Part shown: positions 29,963 to 39,076 of the stretch, piece after piece | Layout of the letters: every line of letters begins with the position of its first letter | How positions within the stretch are numbered: position 1 is the stretch's first letter | Assembly (NCBI GenBank): GCA_964584035.1 | Contig: CAZOYL010000003.1 | Coordinates: forward strand, 1-51,166 | Length of the DNA: 51,166 nt | Direction: 5' to 3' | DNA from: an uncultured Gemmatimonadota bacterium | GTDB lineage: Bacteria > SM23-81 | The notes under the pieces: model-generated | Databases searched by the model: none | The model's input: only the letters and a program-made list of their open reading frames with translations | Told to the model about the DNA's origin: nothing | Program-made: the position numbers and the translations under genes

Positions 29963-29988
29963 ACCCATTTCTACCCACTTTCACCCAC
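29963..29988 (-). promoter_or_regulatory. MraZ operator: three direct (G/A)TGGGT boxes at exact 10-bp phasing
   Basis: The minus strand reads GTGGGTgaaaGTGGGTagaaATGGGTaaaa. On the plus strand, acccac/acccac/acccat start at 29983, 29973 and 29963. The boxes lie immediately downstream of the -10 element. Confidence 0.7.
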
Positions 29989-29991
29989 CGC

Positions 29992-30020
29992 ATAGTATAA
30001 AAAAAATGCCCCCATGTCAA
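29992..30020 (-). promoter_or_regulatory. dcw (Pmra-like) sigma-70 promoter TTGACA-17-TACTAT
   Basis: The minus strand reads TTGACAtgggggcattttttttaTACTAT, in an AT-rich gap 57 nt upstream of the mraZ ATG. Confidence 0.65.
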
Positions 30021-30090
30021 GGAAAATATTCCATCTTGACCATTTTTTTTACGGTCGAGTAAATATTTGGTATTAATTAAATTACGGGGG

Positions 30091-30984
30091 TCAGAAACAT
30101 GACTGTGGAGAGATCGGGGATGCCGGCAGGCGAAGAAGGAAACTCATCAGCAAACGAGGCGGAAGGGAGATATACAGTCCGCACCCAAGCACGATCGAAC
30201 TGAGCTCATCTAAAAGGCCGCGGCGGTATTTTCGGAAATAGCGAATGCAGTCCCTATGGGAGGTGATGATCATCCTGTGCTGGGCACGGCGAACGTGTGA
30301 ACCGGCGTCGTGGAACACGCGAGCTCCGGCGAAGAAAATGATATCCCACCCTGAGGACGATAGCCGGCGGCAGAGATCGACATCGTTGAAGAACATCTCG
30401 AACCTCTCGTCCAGCAACCCGACCTCCTCGAGAGCCGGGCGTCGGAGCAACAGGCAGGCACCCATGGGTTGATCGACCGATCGAGTCCGCCGATGATCGA
30501 AAGGACCCATTCTCCAGGCTCCGAACACGGGACTTCCCGGAAACAGCCGGCTCAATCCGATGAATTCCCAGAGCATCATACGGTAGTTTGGAAATTGACG
30601 GCAGGACGGCTGTATTCTCTTATCCGGATACAGCAGCTGAGGTCCCAGCGCGCCCGTCCGGGGATGCTCATCCATGTACCGGAGCATCTTCAGCAGCGAT
30701 CCGGGCTGCAGGACCGTATCGGGATTGAGCAGCAGCACGTATTGTCCGCTGGATTTCTCGATGCCAATATTACAGGCTCGAGTATAGCCCAGATTGTGCC
30801 GGTTAACGACCAGCTGTGCCCACGAGAAATGCCGCCGGATCATCTCCGCCGTTCCGTCGGTCGATCCGTTGTCGACCACGATGGCCTCGATCATCAGGTC
30901 ACCCTGTTCGCGCCGGATCGACTCCAGGCAGTCGGAGATATAGCGAGTGCTATTCCAGGTCACGATGACGACGGATACATCCAT
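30091..30984 (-). CDS. Glycosyltransferase family 2
   Basis: VSVVIVTWNSTRYISDCLESI…VVDNGSTDGT GT-A N-terminus and a later DVD motif. Confidence 0.8.
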   Translation of the reverse strand: MDVSVVIVTWNSTRYISDCLESIRREQGDLMIEAIVVDNGSTDGTAEMIRRHFSWAQLVVNRHNLGYTRACNIGIEKSSGQYVLLLNPDTVLQPGSLLKMLRYMDEHPRTGALGPQLLYPDKRIQPSCRQFPNYRMMLWEFIGLSRLFPGSPVFGAWRMGPFDHRRTRSVDQPMGACLLLRRPALEEVGLLDERFEMFFNDVDLCRRLSSSGWDIIFFAGARVFHDAGSHVRRAQHRMIITSHRDCIRYFRKYRRGLLDELSSIVLGCGLYISLPPRLLMSFLLRLPASPISPQSCF

Positions 30985-30994
30985 AGAATACCTC

Positions 30995-31987
30995 TCAGGA
31001 CGGCGAGCTGCGGCGCCATTTGCCGGACTCAGCGGTCCTCTCGTCCTGCTCTCGGCAATACCACTGGTAACCCTTCATGATGGAAAAAAAGATAAGATAA
31101 TCGAACAGCAGGGAGGGTGCGGGAAAACGATTGAGAGCCCGAGCAACACCCCTGGCCACTACTCCCCATGGTGACCGCAAAAAGAATCGGAGAAGCTGCG
31201 GCCGGAGGGGAAACCTGCCTTTCCCCTGGCGATAGCCCGCCACTTGAACGCTGTGAAGTTTAAACAGCTCCCCGAGCTGTGGATGAGTTCGGAGAATGAT
31301 AGGCAGAGAATCGTGACCGAAGATCTCCATGGCCCGGCAGAGACCTGAAAGATCGCGGTAATCGAACCGGTGGGCCAGAGCACCCGGGGCAAAAACGAAT
31401 CTGGCGCCGTTTTGCGACAAACGGTATCCCAGCTCCAGATCCTCACCGCCGAACGAACGGAACCGCTCATCGAAAAGCCCGGTTTGAAGCAGAAATTCCC
31501 GTTCCATGGAGACATTGCCGGCGCTGAAATATCGAAAAGGTATCGGCGCGCCGGGCCGGAGTTTCTGAATACCCCGAGAATCCAAGTAGCGGATCAGGGC
31601 CGTGGGCGGAACCTGGGGGGCGCGGCGAATATTCCCCAGAACAACCCTTCTGTGGCCATCGCGATGATGCTTCAGATGCTCCCGCAGGAGATCCGGCACG
31701 GCTCGCATGTCATCGTCAAGAAAAACCACGATCCGGCCACGAGCTTGTTTCACGCCCGAATTTCGCGCCGCCGAACGACCCCGGTTATGGGGGTGTTGCA
31801 GGCAATGAAATTGGAAGGCGTACCCTCGCTGCTGAAAGAATTGACCGGTGCCATCCGGTGAGCCATCGTCCACCAGAATCACCTCGAAGGCGTCTCTGGA
31901 ATAGTCCAGGGCCTCCAGCGCTTTCAGCGTGCCCACCAGCCGATCCCGCCGGTTAAAAGCCGGTATGACAATACTCACATCCACCAT
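30995..31987 (-). CDS. Glycosyltransferase family 2
   Basis: VSIVIPAFNRRDRLVGTLKAL…VDDGSPDGT and FLDDDM motifs. Start at ATG 31987 rather than the track's 32044. Confidence 0.8.
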   Translation of the reverse strand: MVDVSIVIPAFNRRDRLVGTLKALEALDYSRDAFEVILVDDGSPDGTGQFFQQRGYAFQFHCLQHPHNRGRSAARNSGVKQARGRIVVFLDDDMRAVPDLLREHLKHHRDGHRRVVLGNIRRAPQVPPTALIRYLDSRGIQKLRPGAPIPFRYFSAGNVSMEREFLLQTGLFDERFRSFGGEDLELGYRLSQNGARFVFAPGALAHRFDYRDLSGLCRAMEIFGHDSLPIILRTHPQLGELFKLHSVQVAGYRQGKGRFPLRPQLLRFFLRSPWGVVARGVARALNRFPAPSLLFDYLIFFSIMKGYQWYCREQDERTAESGKWRRSSPS

Positions 31988-32028
31988 GTTCCCCGATGGT
32001 CTCAGGTCTGCCCCGGACTCACTCCCCG

Positions 32029-33120
32029 TTAGCCCTCGAGCCAATCCATCTGGGCATAATACCGATACAGTTGATCCATGACGGCGCCGATATCATGGTG
32101 CCGTTTGACCCACTCGCGCCCCTGTCGGGCTTTCTGCCGGCGCAGCCGGTCATCCCCGATGAGCCGGATGAGCTGTTCCTTGAGATGTTCGCGGTCAACC
32201 TGGATAAAGGGATGATCGGGCAGAAAGGCCTCATACTCGGCCACCATATTGGTGCAGGTGGGAATGCCCATCGACAGCGATTCCAGAGAGTTCATGCCAT
32301 AGCCCCAACCACCCAGGTTGGCGATCTGATCGATGAAGATATCACAGCGGGACTTGAGCCGCAGGGCCTGTTGGTGGGATTTGTTCTCGATGAGGATAAG
32401 ACGAACATCATGATCTCTCTCCAGTTCGCGGCAGATCCTGATGATATCGTCCGATCCCTTAAAATATCGATTGGTGGGCGCATGTCCGATGTATCGAACT
32501 CGCTTCCGTGGTTCCCTGAAACTGAACCGGGATAGGTCGATGGGCAAGAAGAGGTATTTCATTCGCGGATGCCGGTTGAGAAGATCCAGCTCACAGGTGA
32601 GATTGAGATCGCTGAGGTGGTCGATTTCCGGAATGACACCTCGCTGCCGGATATCGGTGCCGTGATATCCGCAGACGATCCTCTTTCCCCGGGCTTTGAG
32701 AAGCTTGATGATCCGGGCATCACGAAAGAAACCCAGGCCGCTCTCGAGGTGGTAGATGTCATAATCCAGAAGTCCGTATCTGGCGATGGCCCGGTTTATG
32801 AAAGGCGACCAGAGCGCATCGCGCATCGTAAAGAACCATCGTTCGGCTCGATTAGCCGGCTCCCAGCGGGGCGGATAACCGTGGCGGACGGCATACTCTC
32901 CCCGTGGTCCGTGGGAGCGATAGGCCGCATGGCGAGCGGACATCAGGTACGAGCGAGAACCGACCAGGGGCAGATGCAGGCAGATATCCTCCCGATAGCG
33001 GCTCCGGGACCGGAACAGGGTGACCAGCCGGCATTGATGACCCCGCTCGCGGTGGGCCTGGACGAACAGTCCCAGCGCGCCCGTATAATGTTCCGGGGCC
33101 AGATAGAGGATTTTCAGCAT
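32029..33120 (-). CDS. Putative glycosyltransferase (GT-B fold, divergent GT1/GT4-like)
   Basis: The C-terminal half has the GT-B-like pattern …GYGMNSLESLSMGIPTCTN…. Sits within a glycosyltransferase cluster. The N-terminal half is divergent. Confidence 0.5.
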   Translation of the reverse strand: MLKILYLAPEHYTGALGLFVQAHRERGHQCRLVTLFRSRSRYREDICLHLPLVGSRSYLMSARHAAYRSHGPRGEYAVRHGYPPRWEPANRAERWFFTMRDALWSPFINRAIARYGLLDYDIYHLESGLGFFRDARIIKLLKARGKRIVCGYHGTDIRQRGVIPEIDHLSDLNLTCELDLLNRHPRMKYLFLPIDLSRFSFREPRKRVRYIGHAPTNRYFKGSDDIIRICRELERDHDVRLILIENKSHQQALRLKSRCDIFIDQIANLGGWGYGMNSLESLSMGIPTCTNMVAEYEAFLPDHPFIQVDREHLKEQLIRLIGDDRLRRQKARQGREWVKRHHDIGAVMDQLYRYYAQMDWLEG

Positions 33121-34268
33121 GGCTTTCCGATCAGGCCTGAGTAAACGTCGAACAGGCGTTTTTCCATTCGATTCCAGTTGTAGGTATCTCTGACGGCCTT
33201 CACTCCGCGACGCCCCATTTCAGCTGCTTCTTCGGGATGCATCAACAGATAGGTGATGGCCTCGGCGAGCGATACGGCGTCAGACGGTTCGACCAGAATT
33301 CCGCAGCCGGTCCGGCGGATAATATCTTCAATAGCGGGAAGCCGGCTCCCGATCACCGGCAAACCGCTGGACATATATTCGAACAGCTTAATGGGCAAGC
33401 TGTGATGGAAAACAGCGAGTGATGGCAATACCACCAGGCCCGCTTCGGCCAGCTCCAGATAGGCCGGCACAGCCGGATGCGGAACCGGATCCAGCAACTC
33501 CACACAGGTTTGAGCATCTTCCCGCTCGATCATCTGGATGAGCTGTTGCCGATAACCGGCTCCGAAAATCGGTCCCAACAGCAGCAGCTTGAGATTCTGA
33601 ACCTGACTAGCTGCTCGACTCACAGCCCGGATCATCGTGGCGAGTTCACGAGCCCGTCCAAGCTGGCCGTGATAGAGAACGACCCGGTCGTTTTGATATC
33701 TGCGCGCCAGCTCCGTCGGCGCCCGACAGCTTTTAGAAAACAGCTCCGGACGGGGATAATTATAGATGGCGACGACCTTATCGCGGCCCTTTCCATACCT
33801 GCTCAGGAGAAGATCACTGGTCACCAGAACGGCATCTGATAACAGAACCAGCCATCTCTCCGCCAACAGAAAGAGCCGGGCTCCAACGCTTTTCAGGAAA
33901 CCGTAGCTGCCGGCAAAATCGGTCAGCATCTCCGCAAGATGTTCGTGAACATCATAAACGATGCGGATCCGCCGTCTTCTCTTCAACAGCAGCGCCAGCG
34001 GCAGCAGTTGTGGTTCGTGGAGATGATAACACCGGGCCCTTTCCACTCGAGCCGCCCGCCACAATCGCCACAGAGTTGAGAATATCGAACGGCCGGCCGG
34101 AACGGTCACGATCTTGATCCCGTCGACCAGCTCCTCCCCCCCAGACCCGACGGCCAACACCGTCACTCGTTCGTAGACCTTTCTGAGGGAAACGGCCTGT
34201 TTGTAAAAAATACGGTCATCCTGAGCATCATGGCCCAGGGTCACATGGCAGATCTGGCGCTTGGACAT
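33114..34268 (-). CDS. Glycosyltransferase family 4 (GT-B)
   Basis: …LPIKLFEYMSSGLPVIGSRLPAIEDIIRRTGCGILVEP… is the typical GT4 EX7E region. Start at ATG 34268, 2 nt after the flippase stop; the extension to 34409 is rejected. Confidence 0.78.
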   Translation of the reverse strand: MSKRQICHVTLGHDAQDDRIFYKQAVSLRKVYERVTVLAVGSGGEELVDGIKIVTVPAGRSIFSTLWRLWRAARVERARCYHLHEPQLLPLALLLKRRRRIRIVYDVHEHLAEMLTDFAGSYGFLKSVGARLFLLAERWLVLLSDAVLVTSDLLLSRYGKGRDKVVAIYNYPRPELFSKSCRAPTELARRYQNDRVVLYHGQLGRARELATMIRAVSRAASQVQNLKLLLLGPIFGAGYRQQLIQMIEREDAQTCVELLDPVPHPAVPAYLELAEAGLVVLPSLAVFHHSLPIKLFEYMSSGLPVIGSRLPAIEDIIRRTGCGILVEPSDAVSLAEAITYLLMHPEEAAEMGRRGVKAVRDTYNWNRMEKRLFDVYSGLIGKPC

Positions 34269-34270
34269 CT

Positions 34271-35746
34271 CTACGGCCGCGATGGAAGATGGAGAAGATG
34301 AAGGAGACGGTTCTTTTCCCCCGCCGTGAAAAAATTGGTGACAAGGAGACCAAGAGGATAACAGACCAACAGCAGCAAAACACGCAGAAAAAATGGCTCT
34401 CCGAACCACTGCCGGAGGAGAAAGATGAGGACGGACACAAACACCAGCTTGGCTAATCGGCTATATTGATAATGAACCGGATAGATACGCTGCACGATGG
34501 TAAACAGCGATAGGGCCATGACGAGATATCCGGCGAAGGTGGCCCAGGCGGCACCCATGATCCCCCAGCGGGGAATAAGAATGAGATTGCCTATAATATT
34601 GACCACCGCCCCAAGACCGGTGAACAGAGGAACGTATCGGGTTTTCTTCTTCAGGTAGATTCCGGGCAGGAAAATCATGTAGGCCCCCATCATCACATAG
34701 GCCAGCAGGATAATGGGAACGATGCGGGTGCCTGACCAGAAGTCGGGTCCGAAGACGGTCAAGCCGCCCAATTGTACGCGGACCAGATCGTCCACAAAGA
34801 AGGACACGGCCAGCAATAAAAATCCGCCGGACAGAACGAAATAGGTCAGTACGGCGGCGAAGCTCCTTCTTGCCCGCTCCTCATCTCGTCCCAGTTTCAA
34901 AAAAAAGGGCTGCCAGGCAAACTTAAAGGCCATCACCACCAGAAGCATGAATAAGCCCAGTTTATATCCGGCGTTATATACGCCAACGACTTCCAGACCC
35001 TTCATCCCCCGAAGCATGTAGCGATCGATCAACTCCATGGTCATGGAGGCCAGACCGGAGGGAATGAATGGTAATCCGAATTTCAGCAGGTCTCCGGCCA
35101 TCCCGGGGAAAAATCTCAGGGTCATTTTTTTCCACAGAACCGGCAGCAGGATGAGCCAGCTGAAACCCGAGGCGATCAGATTGCTCAGGAAAACACCGGA
35201 AATACCCATCCGCAGATGAGCCACCAGATAAATATTCAGCCCGAGATTGAGAAGTACATTCACGAACCGATAGGCCACGAACCCTTTCGATCTCTCTTCC
35301 AGACGAAGGAGTAAATAGGGGGTTGTCGACAAGGTGTCAAAGAACAGAATACCGATAGCCATTCTCAACACCCCGGCCATCTGCGGCCGGCCGAGGATCA
35401 AACCGGATAGAGGAGCAGCGAAAAGGAAAAGCACGAAAACAAAAACCACGGAAGTGCACGTGGTCATCAACAGGGTGGTCGAGAGAACCTTTTTCCTGCT
35501 TTCATTTTCCTCTTCCAGGGCATAGAAGCGCAGAAAAGCGCTGTCCAGGCCGTAGAGAAAAAGAATGTTCACGAAGGCAATGAACGTATAGAGGAGAGCG
35601 ACCAGTCCGTAATCGGCGGTGGTCAGATAATTAGTGTAGAGCGGCAGGAGAAAGAAACCGATGCCGCGGCTTAATATGTGACCGAGCCCATAGATGCTCG
35701 AATGCTTGGTCAGTTTTTTCAAGTCTTCAAAGAGACTCATGGTCAT
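34271..35746 (-). CDS. Oligosaccharide/polysaccharide flippase (Wzx-like, MOP superfamily)
   Basis: 491 aa with about 12-14 predicted TM helices and an N-terminus typical of the polysaccharide biosynthesis protein family. Glycan-cluster context. Confidence 0.75.
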   Translation of the reverse strand: MTMSLFEDLKKLTKHSSIYGLGHILSRGIGFFLLPLYTNYLTTADYGLVALLYTFIAFVNILFLYGLDSAFLRFYALEEENESRKKVLSTTLLMTTCTSVVFVFVLFLFAAPLSGLILGRPQMAGVLRMAIGILFFDTLSTTPYLLLRLEERSKGFVAYRFVNVLLNLGLNIYLVAHLRMGISGVFLSNLIASGFSWLILLPVLWKKMTLRFFPGMAGDLLKFGLPFIPSGLASMTMELIDRYMLRGMKGLEVVGVYNAGYKLGLFMLLVVMAFKFAWQPFFLKLGRDEERARRSFAAVLTYFVLSGGFLLLAVSFFVDDLVRVQLGGLTVFGPDFWSGTRIVPIILLAYVMMGAYMIFLPGIYLKKKTRYVPLFTGLGAVVNIIGNLILIPRWGIMGAAWATFAGYLVMALSLFTIVQRIYPVHYQYSRLAKLVFVSVLIFLLRQWFGEPFFLRVLLLLVCYPLGLLVTNFFTAGEKNRLLHLLHLPSRP

Positions 35747-36729
35747 CTCGAAACGGACAGATCGAGGACGTAGGTGTCACGGAATAGGCCTCGGGCGCCA
35801 AAGGTTTCCTTAAATTTGCCCAGGCCCCAATTGGGTTCCATGTTCAGCGTAAAGGTCCCGAAATCAAGATATCGAAAATCTCTTCCACGTCCCCAATCCA
35901 TAATATGATAGAAGAGCAAGTTCACCGGGCGGAACTTCTGAAATTGGTCCCGGTGACTGATATAGAATGCCAGTATCACCTGAGGATTGCAGATAAACAG
36001 CACCACGCCGGCCAGCTGCTGTCTGTCTCGATAAGCACAGAAAAGACGTATCTCATCCGGAAATAGTTTTTTCAAATGGAGCAGCTCCTCCAGCGTATGC
36101 GTGGGGGCGACATCGTGCCGCATGCGAAGGTTCTTGCGCAAGATTTCATAAAAACCGGCAAAATCATCCGATTCTCTGATGGTAACGCCCAATTTCATCG
36201 CCTTCCGGGCAGCCGTTCTGGCCTCGCTTTTAAAGGAGGCGAAAACATCTTCATCTTTTCCCGGCAGGTGAACCACGCTGGTCAGCTCTCTCTTGATATA
36301 TTGGAATCCATTCCTGATCAGGCTGAAGTCGATCGCATTGCTCAGGGAGGCACTATAAAATATGGGCGGCGGCGTCAGCACCGCCCGATTGAATCCCTGG
36401 TCTTTGAGATACCCCACCAGGGTCTCCACCAACAGATGGCAATCCCGTATGCCCAGGCGCGGCCGCACGACGAAACCTCCATAGGAGGCGCCGGCATGCG
36501 AAATCAGCATTCGGTCTCCGTTCTGTTCACGGATGACGGCCGGGAGAACGGCCAGCATGCGATTTTTCTTTCGGAAGATGAGATGATGGGATCGGAAACG
36601 ATCCGGAGGGTGGTAGGATAGAAAGCGTTGACGGTGGAAAATAGTGCCGTTTTCGGCGGTGTGAATGAACTTCTCCCATCGAGAGCGATCATTCGGCTGG
36701 TAGACATCGACATCAACGCACATCGGCAT
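35743..36729 (-). CDS. FemAB-like / GNAT-fold acyl(aminoacyl)transferase
   Basis: 328 aa. Overall layout (…FHRQRFLSYH…, …FKSEARTAARKAMKLGV…, …AFYISHRDQFQKFRPVNLLFYHIMDW…) resembles FemAB / CelD-like Acetyltransf_6 proteins found in glycan clusters. Confidence 0.55.
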   Translation of the reverse strand: MPMCVDVDVYQPNDRSRWEKFIHTAENGTIFHRQRFLSYHPPDRFRSHHLIFRKKNRMLAVLPAVIREQNGDRMLISHAGASYGGFVVRPRLGIRDCHLLVETLVGYLKDQGFNRAVLTPPPIFYSASLSNAIDFSLIRNGFQYIKRELTSVVHLPGKDEDVFASFKSEARTAARKAMKLGVTIRESDDFAGFYEILRKNLRMRHDVAPTHTLEELLHLKKLFPDEIRLFCAYRDRQQLAGVVLFICNPQVILAFYISHRDQFQKFRPVNLLFYHIMDWGRGRDFRYLDFGTFTLNMEPNWGLGKFKETFGARGLFRDTYVLDLSVSR

Positions 36730-36738
36730 CTCCCCCGA

Positions 36739-39072
36739 TTATCGGATCACAGCGATCTTGCCCGCTCGACTCAATCCAACCTGGTTGGTCGCCAGGAACA
36801 GATAGATGCCGCTGGACACACAGGCACCGGCTTCATTCTTCCCATCCCAATGGATCTGGTTGAGGTTATTACGGAGCATGTGAAGCTCTCGGACAAGCTC
36901 TCCGGCCAGCGTGTAGATGGTGACCGTAGAACCGTCGGCCAAACCGGCGATGGTCAGCGGATTCTGGCACTCATCCGGGAAAAAGGGATTCGGATACACA
37001 GAGATCGATTTCATATTGATCACCGGTGGAATGATCCCGGACTCATAACGGTTTAATCCTCTATCCGTAGCAATCCAGATCACCCCGGTTTCGGCATCGA
37101 CGGCAATATCCTGAATCCTGTCCGATACCAGATCACTGTTCCCGGTGGTGAAATGCGTCCACTGGTCCGCCCCGACATCGTAAAAGCTGAGCCCGTCATC
37201 GGTTCCCACCCAGATGTTATCACGAGCGTCGGACGCAACAACATTGACCGACTCGTTGAGCAGACCGCTAACCGTCGAAAAATAGAACCTCTCATATTGC
37301 ATGACGCCAGCGGAAGTCCCGATCCAGACGATGTCATTTCCATCCACGCAGATCGAGGTGACGTTATCGTTATCGATCATCCGGCTGGGATCGGCGCTGG
37401 TTTCACTGTAAGTCGTCCAGGCGAACTCCGGATCGTCGTCTTCCTTATTGAAAGGGGTGCCGGCATCGTCGAACCGCGACATCCCCTCCTGAGTGGTGCC
37501 CACCCACTTGATTCCTTCTTGGTCGATGGCCAGGGACTGAACCTCGGTATAGGCTAATCCGTCCCGAATGGAATAGGCCATCCATTCTGTACAGGTGGAG
37601 TCGCAAACCACCAGACCGGACTCCACCCCGAGGTAATTGAGAAACCAGATGTTTCCCTGGAGATCCTGCTTCAAGCCGGTCACGACGACATACAACGGGT
37701 TTTGCAGAATTCCCCTGAGAGCACTATTATCCTGGTTAAAATATGTCCAGGCATCATCCTCTTTTATCAACGTACCCTGATCATCGAGAACGCTCACCCC
37801 TCTACCCCAGGAACCGAACCACAGGCGGCCATCATCATCCGGCAGTAAACCCAGCAACCGGCTTCCCGTCCGCAAACCGTCGGAATCGTCAAAAACGGTC
37901 CACTCCCCCTGTGCCAGCCGGCAGGCCTTGGCAATATAATCGGGATCGACCGGAGCCAGGGTCGTGACCCAGACGTTCTTCTGATGGTCGACGACCACTC
38001 GCTCAATATTATTCTCATTGGGGCCATCGCCAGCATAACGGATCGTCTCTTCCCCCTGAATGGTCAGAACGCCATTATCCTCCGTACCGAGCCACAGCCA
38101 CCCCTGGTTGTCGACATCAAGAGAGGTGATGGCCTCACCACCCAGATCCTGAATCCATGAGTCTCGATAGACATACAGGCCTCGTGAGGTTCCGGCCCAG
38201 ATGGCATCCTCGTAGAATATCAGATCAAATATTTTCGTATTGGCTGGCATGCCTTCCATTTGAGAAATCCAAGTGCCCTCGTGAAAGATGCTGACGCCCC
38301 GCCCAGTGCCGGCCCAGATGGTCGTATCGACCAGAACCAGGCAGTCGACCTCATTATCCAGCAGCCCATTCCGAGTCGTGTAATTGGTCCAACTGGCTGA
38401 ATCCTGAAGATTGGGCACGTACTCAGGGTGTTGATACCGGGCTCTGGCGATGCCGTCCTCAGTGGCCACCCAGATCTCGTCGTCCCGATCGAGGAAATCG
38501 CGCACATTTCTGACCGGTACGCGACGCTCCGAAAGGTAATTCTCCTTCCAGAAATACTCCCCCTGTGTCTCGTTCCATGCGAAGAGACTGATGCCTTCCT
38601 CGGTTCCCACCCAGATACGATCCTCCGTGGCCAGAACAGCACCGCTGACCTTTCCAGCGATACCATCGAATTCAGTATAGGTATTCCAGAGTTCATCTGC
38701 CGGATGGTAGGTGGACACGCCTCCACCATTCGTGCCGAACCAGAGTTTCCCGACACGGTCCACGCTCAGCGAGAGAACATCGATGCATCCCAGCCCGTCC
38801 ACATTGGTGTATTTGTCCGTCGTCCCAGCGGCCGTTTGAATTCTCAGAACTCCTCCAGAAGTCGCACACCAGAGGTCATTGTTAACGATCTCGATCTGCC
38901 GGATGAAATTGGTATTGGTGTAAGTCATCCAATCACCCACTTCAGCCTGACCCGAGGCAGCAGCCGTCATCTGGAGAAGGATCAGAATGTAAAACCACCA
39001 GGGTCTCGATGGCCGAACATCCTGGTGATGGCGACGAATACGGTCCAGGTTCAATTTCATAGCGCGCATCAT
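36739..39072 (-). CDS. Secreted double beta-propeller protein (two-component-regulator-propeller repeats) with T9SS C-terminal sorting domain
   Basis: Signal peptide, then about 13 repeats of the (I/L)W(V/F/A)GTxxG(L/V)xx(Y/F) type. C-terminus …ISVYPNPF…SGIYLFLATNQVGLSRAGKIAVIR resembles a T9SS CTD. Confidence 0.75.
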   Translation of the reverse strand: MMRAMKLNLDRIRRHHQDVRPSRPWWFYILILLQMTAAASGQAEVGDWMTYTNTNFIRQIEIVNNDLWCATSGGVLRIQTAAGTTDKYTNVDGLGCIDVLSLSVDRVGKLWFGTNGGGVSTYHPADELWNTYTEFDGIAGKVSGAVLATEDRIWVGTEEGISLFAWNETQGEYFWKENYLSERRVPVRNVRDFLDRDDEIWVATEDGIARARYQHPEYVPNLQDSASWTNYTTRNGLLDNEVDCLVLVDTTIWAGTGRGVSIFHEGTWISQMEGMPANTKIFDLIFYEDAIWAGTSRGLYVYRDSWIQDLGGEAITSLDVDNQGWLWLGTEDNGVLTIQGEETIRYAGDGPNENNIERVVVDHQKNVWVTTLAPVDPDYIAKACRLAQGEWTVFDDSDGLRTGSRLLGLLPDDDGRLWFGSWGRGVSVLDDQGTLIKEDDAWTYFNQDNSALRGILQNPLYVVVTGLKQDLQGNIWFLNYLGVESGLVVCDSTCTEWMAYSIRDGLAYTEVQSLAIDQEGIKWVGTTQEGMSRFDDAGTPFNKEDDDPEFAWTTYSETSADPSRMIDNDNVTSICVDGNDIVWIGTSAGVMQYERFYFSTVSGLLNESVNVVASDARDNIWVGTDDGLSFYDVGADQWTHFTTGNSDLVSDRIQDIAVDAETGVIWIATDRGLNRYESGIIPPVINMKSISVYPNPFFPDECQNPLTIAGLADGSTVTIYTLAGELVRELHMLRNNLNQIHWDGKNEAGACVSSGIYLFLATNQVGLSRAGKIAVIR

Positions 39073-39076
39073 ACCT

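Noticed and set aside
30045-30050. A plus-strand TTGACC in the mraZ upstream gap, as a possible divergent promoter.
   Set aside because: There is no suitably spaced -10 element and no plus-strand gene downstream. The next gene (GT2) is on the minus strand.
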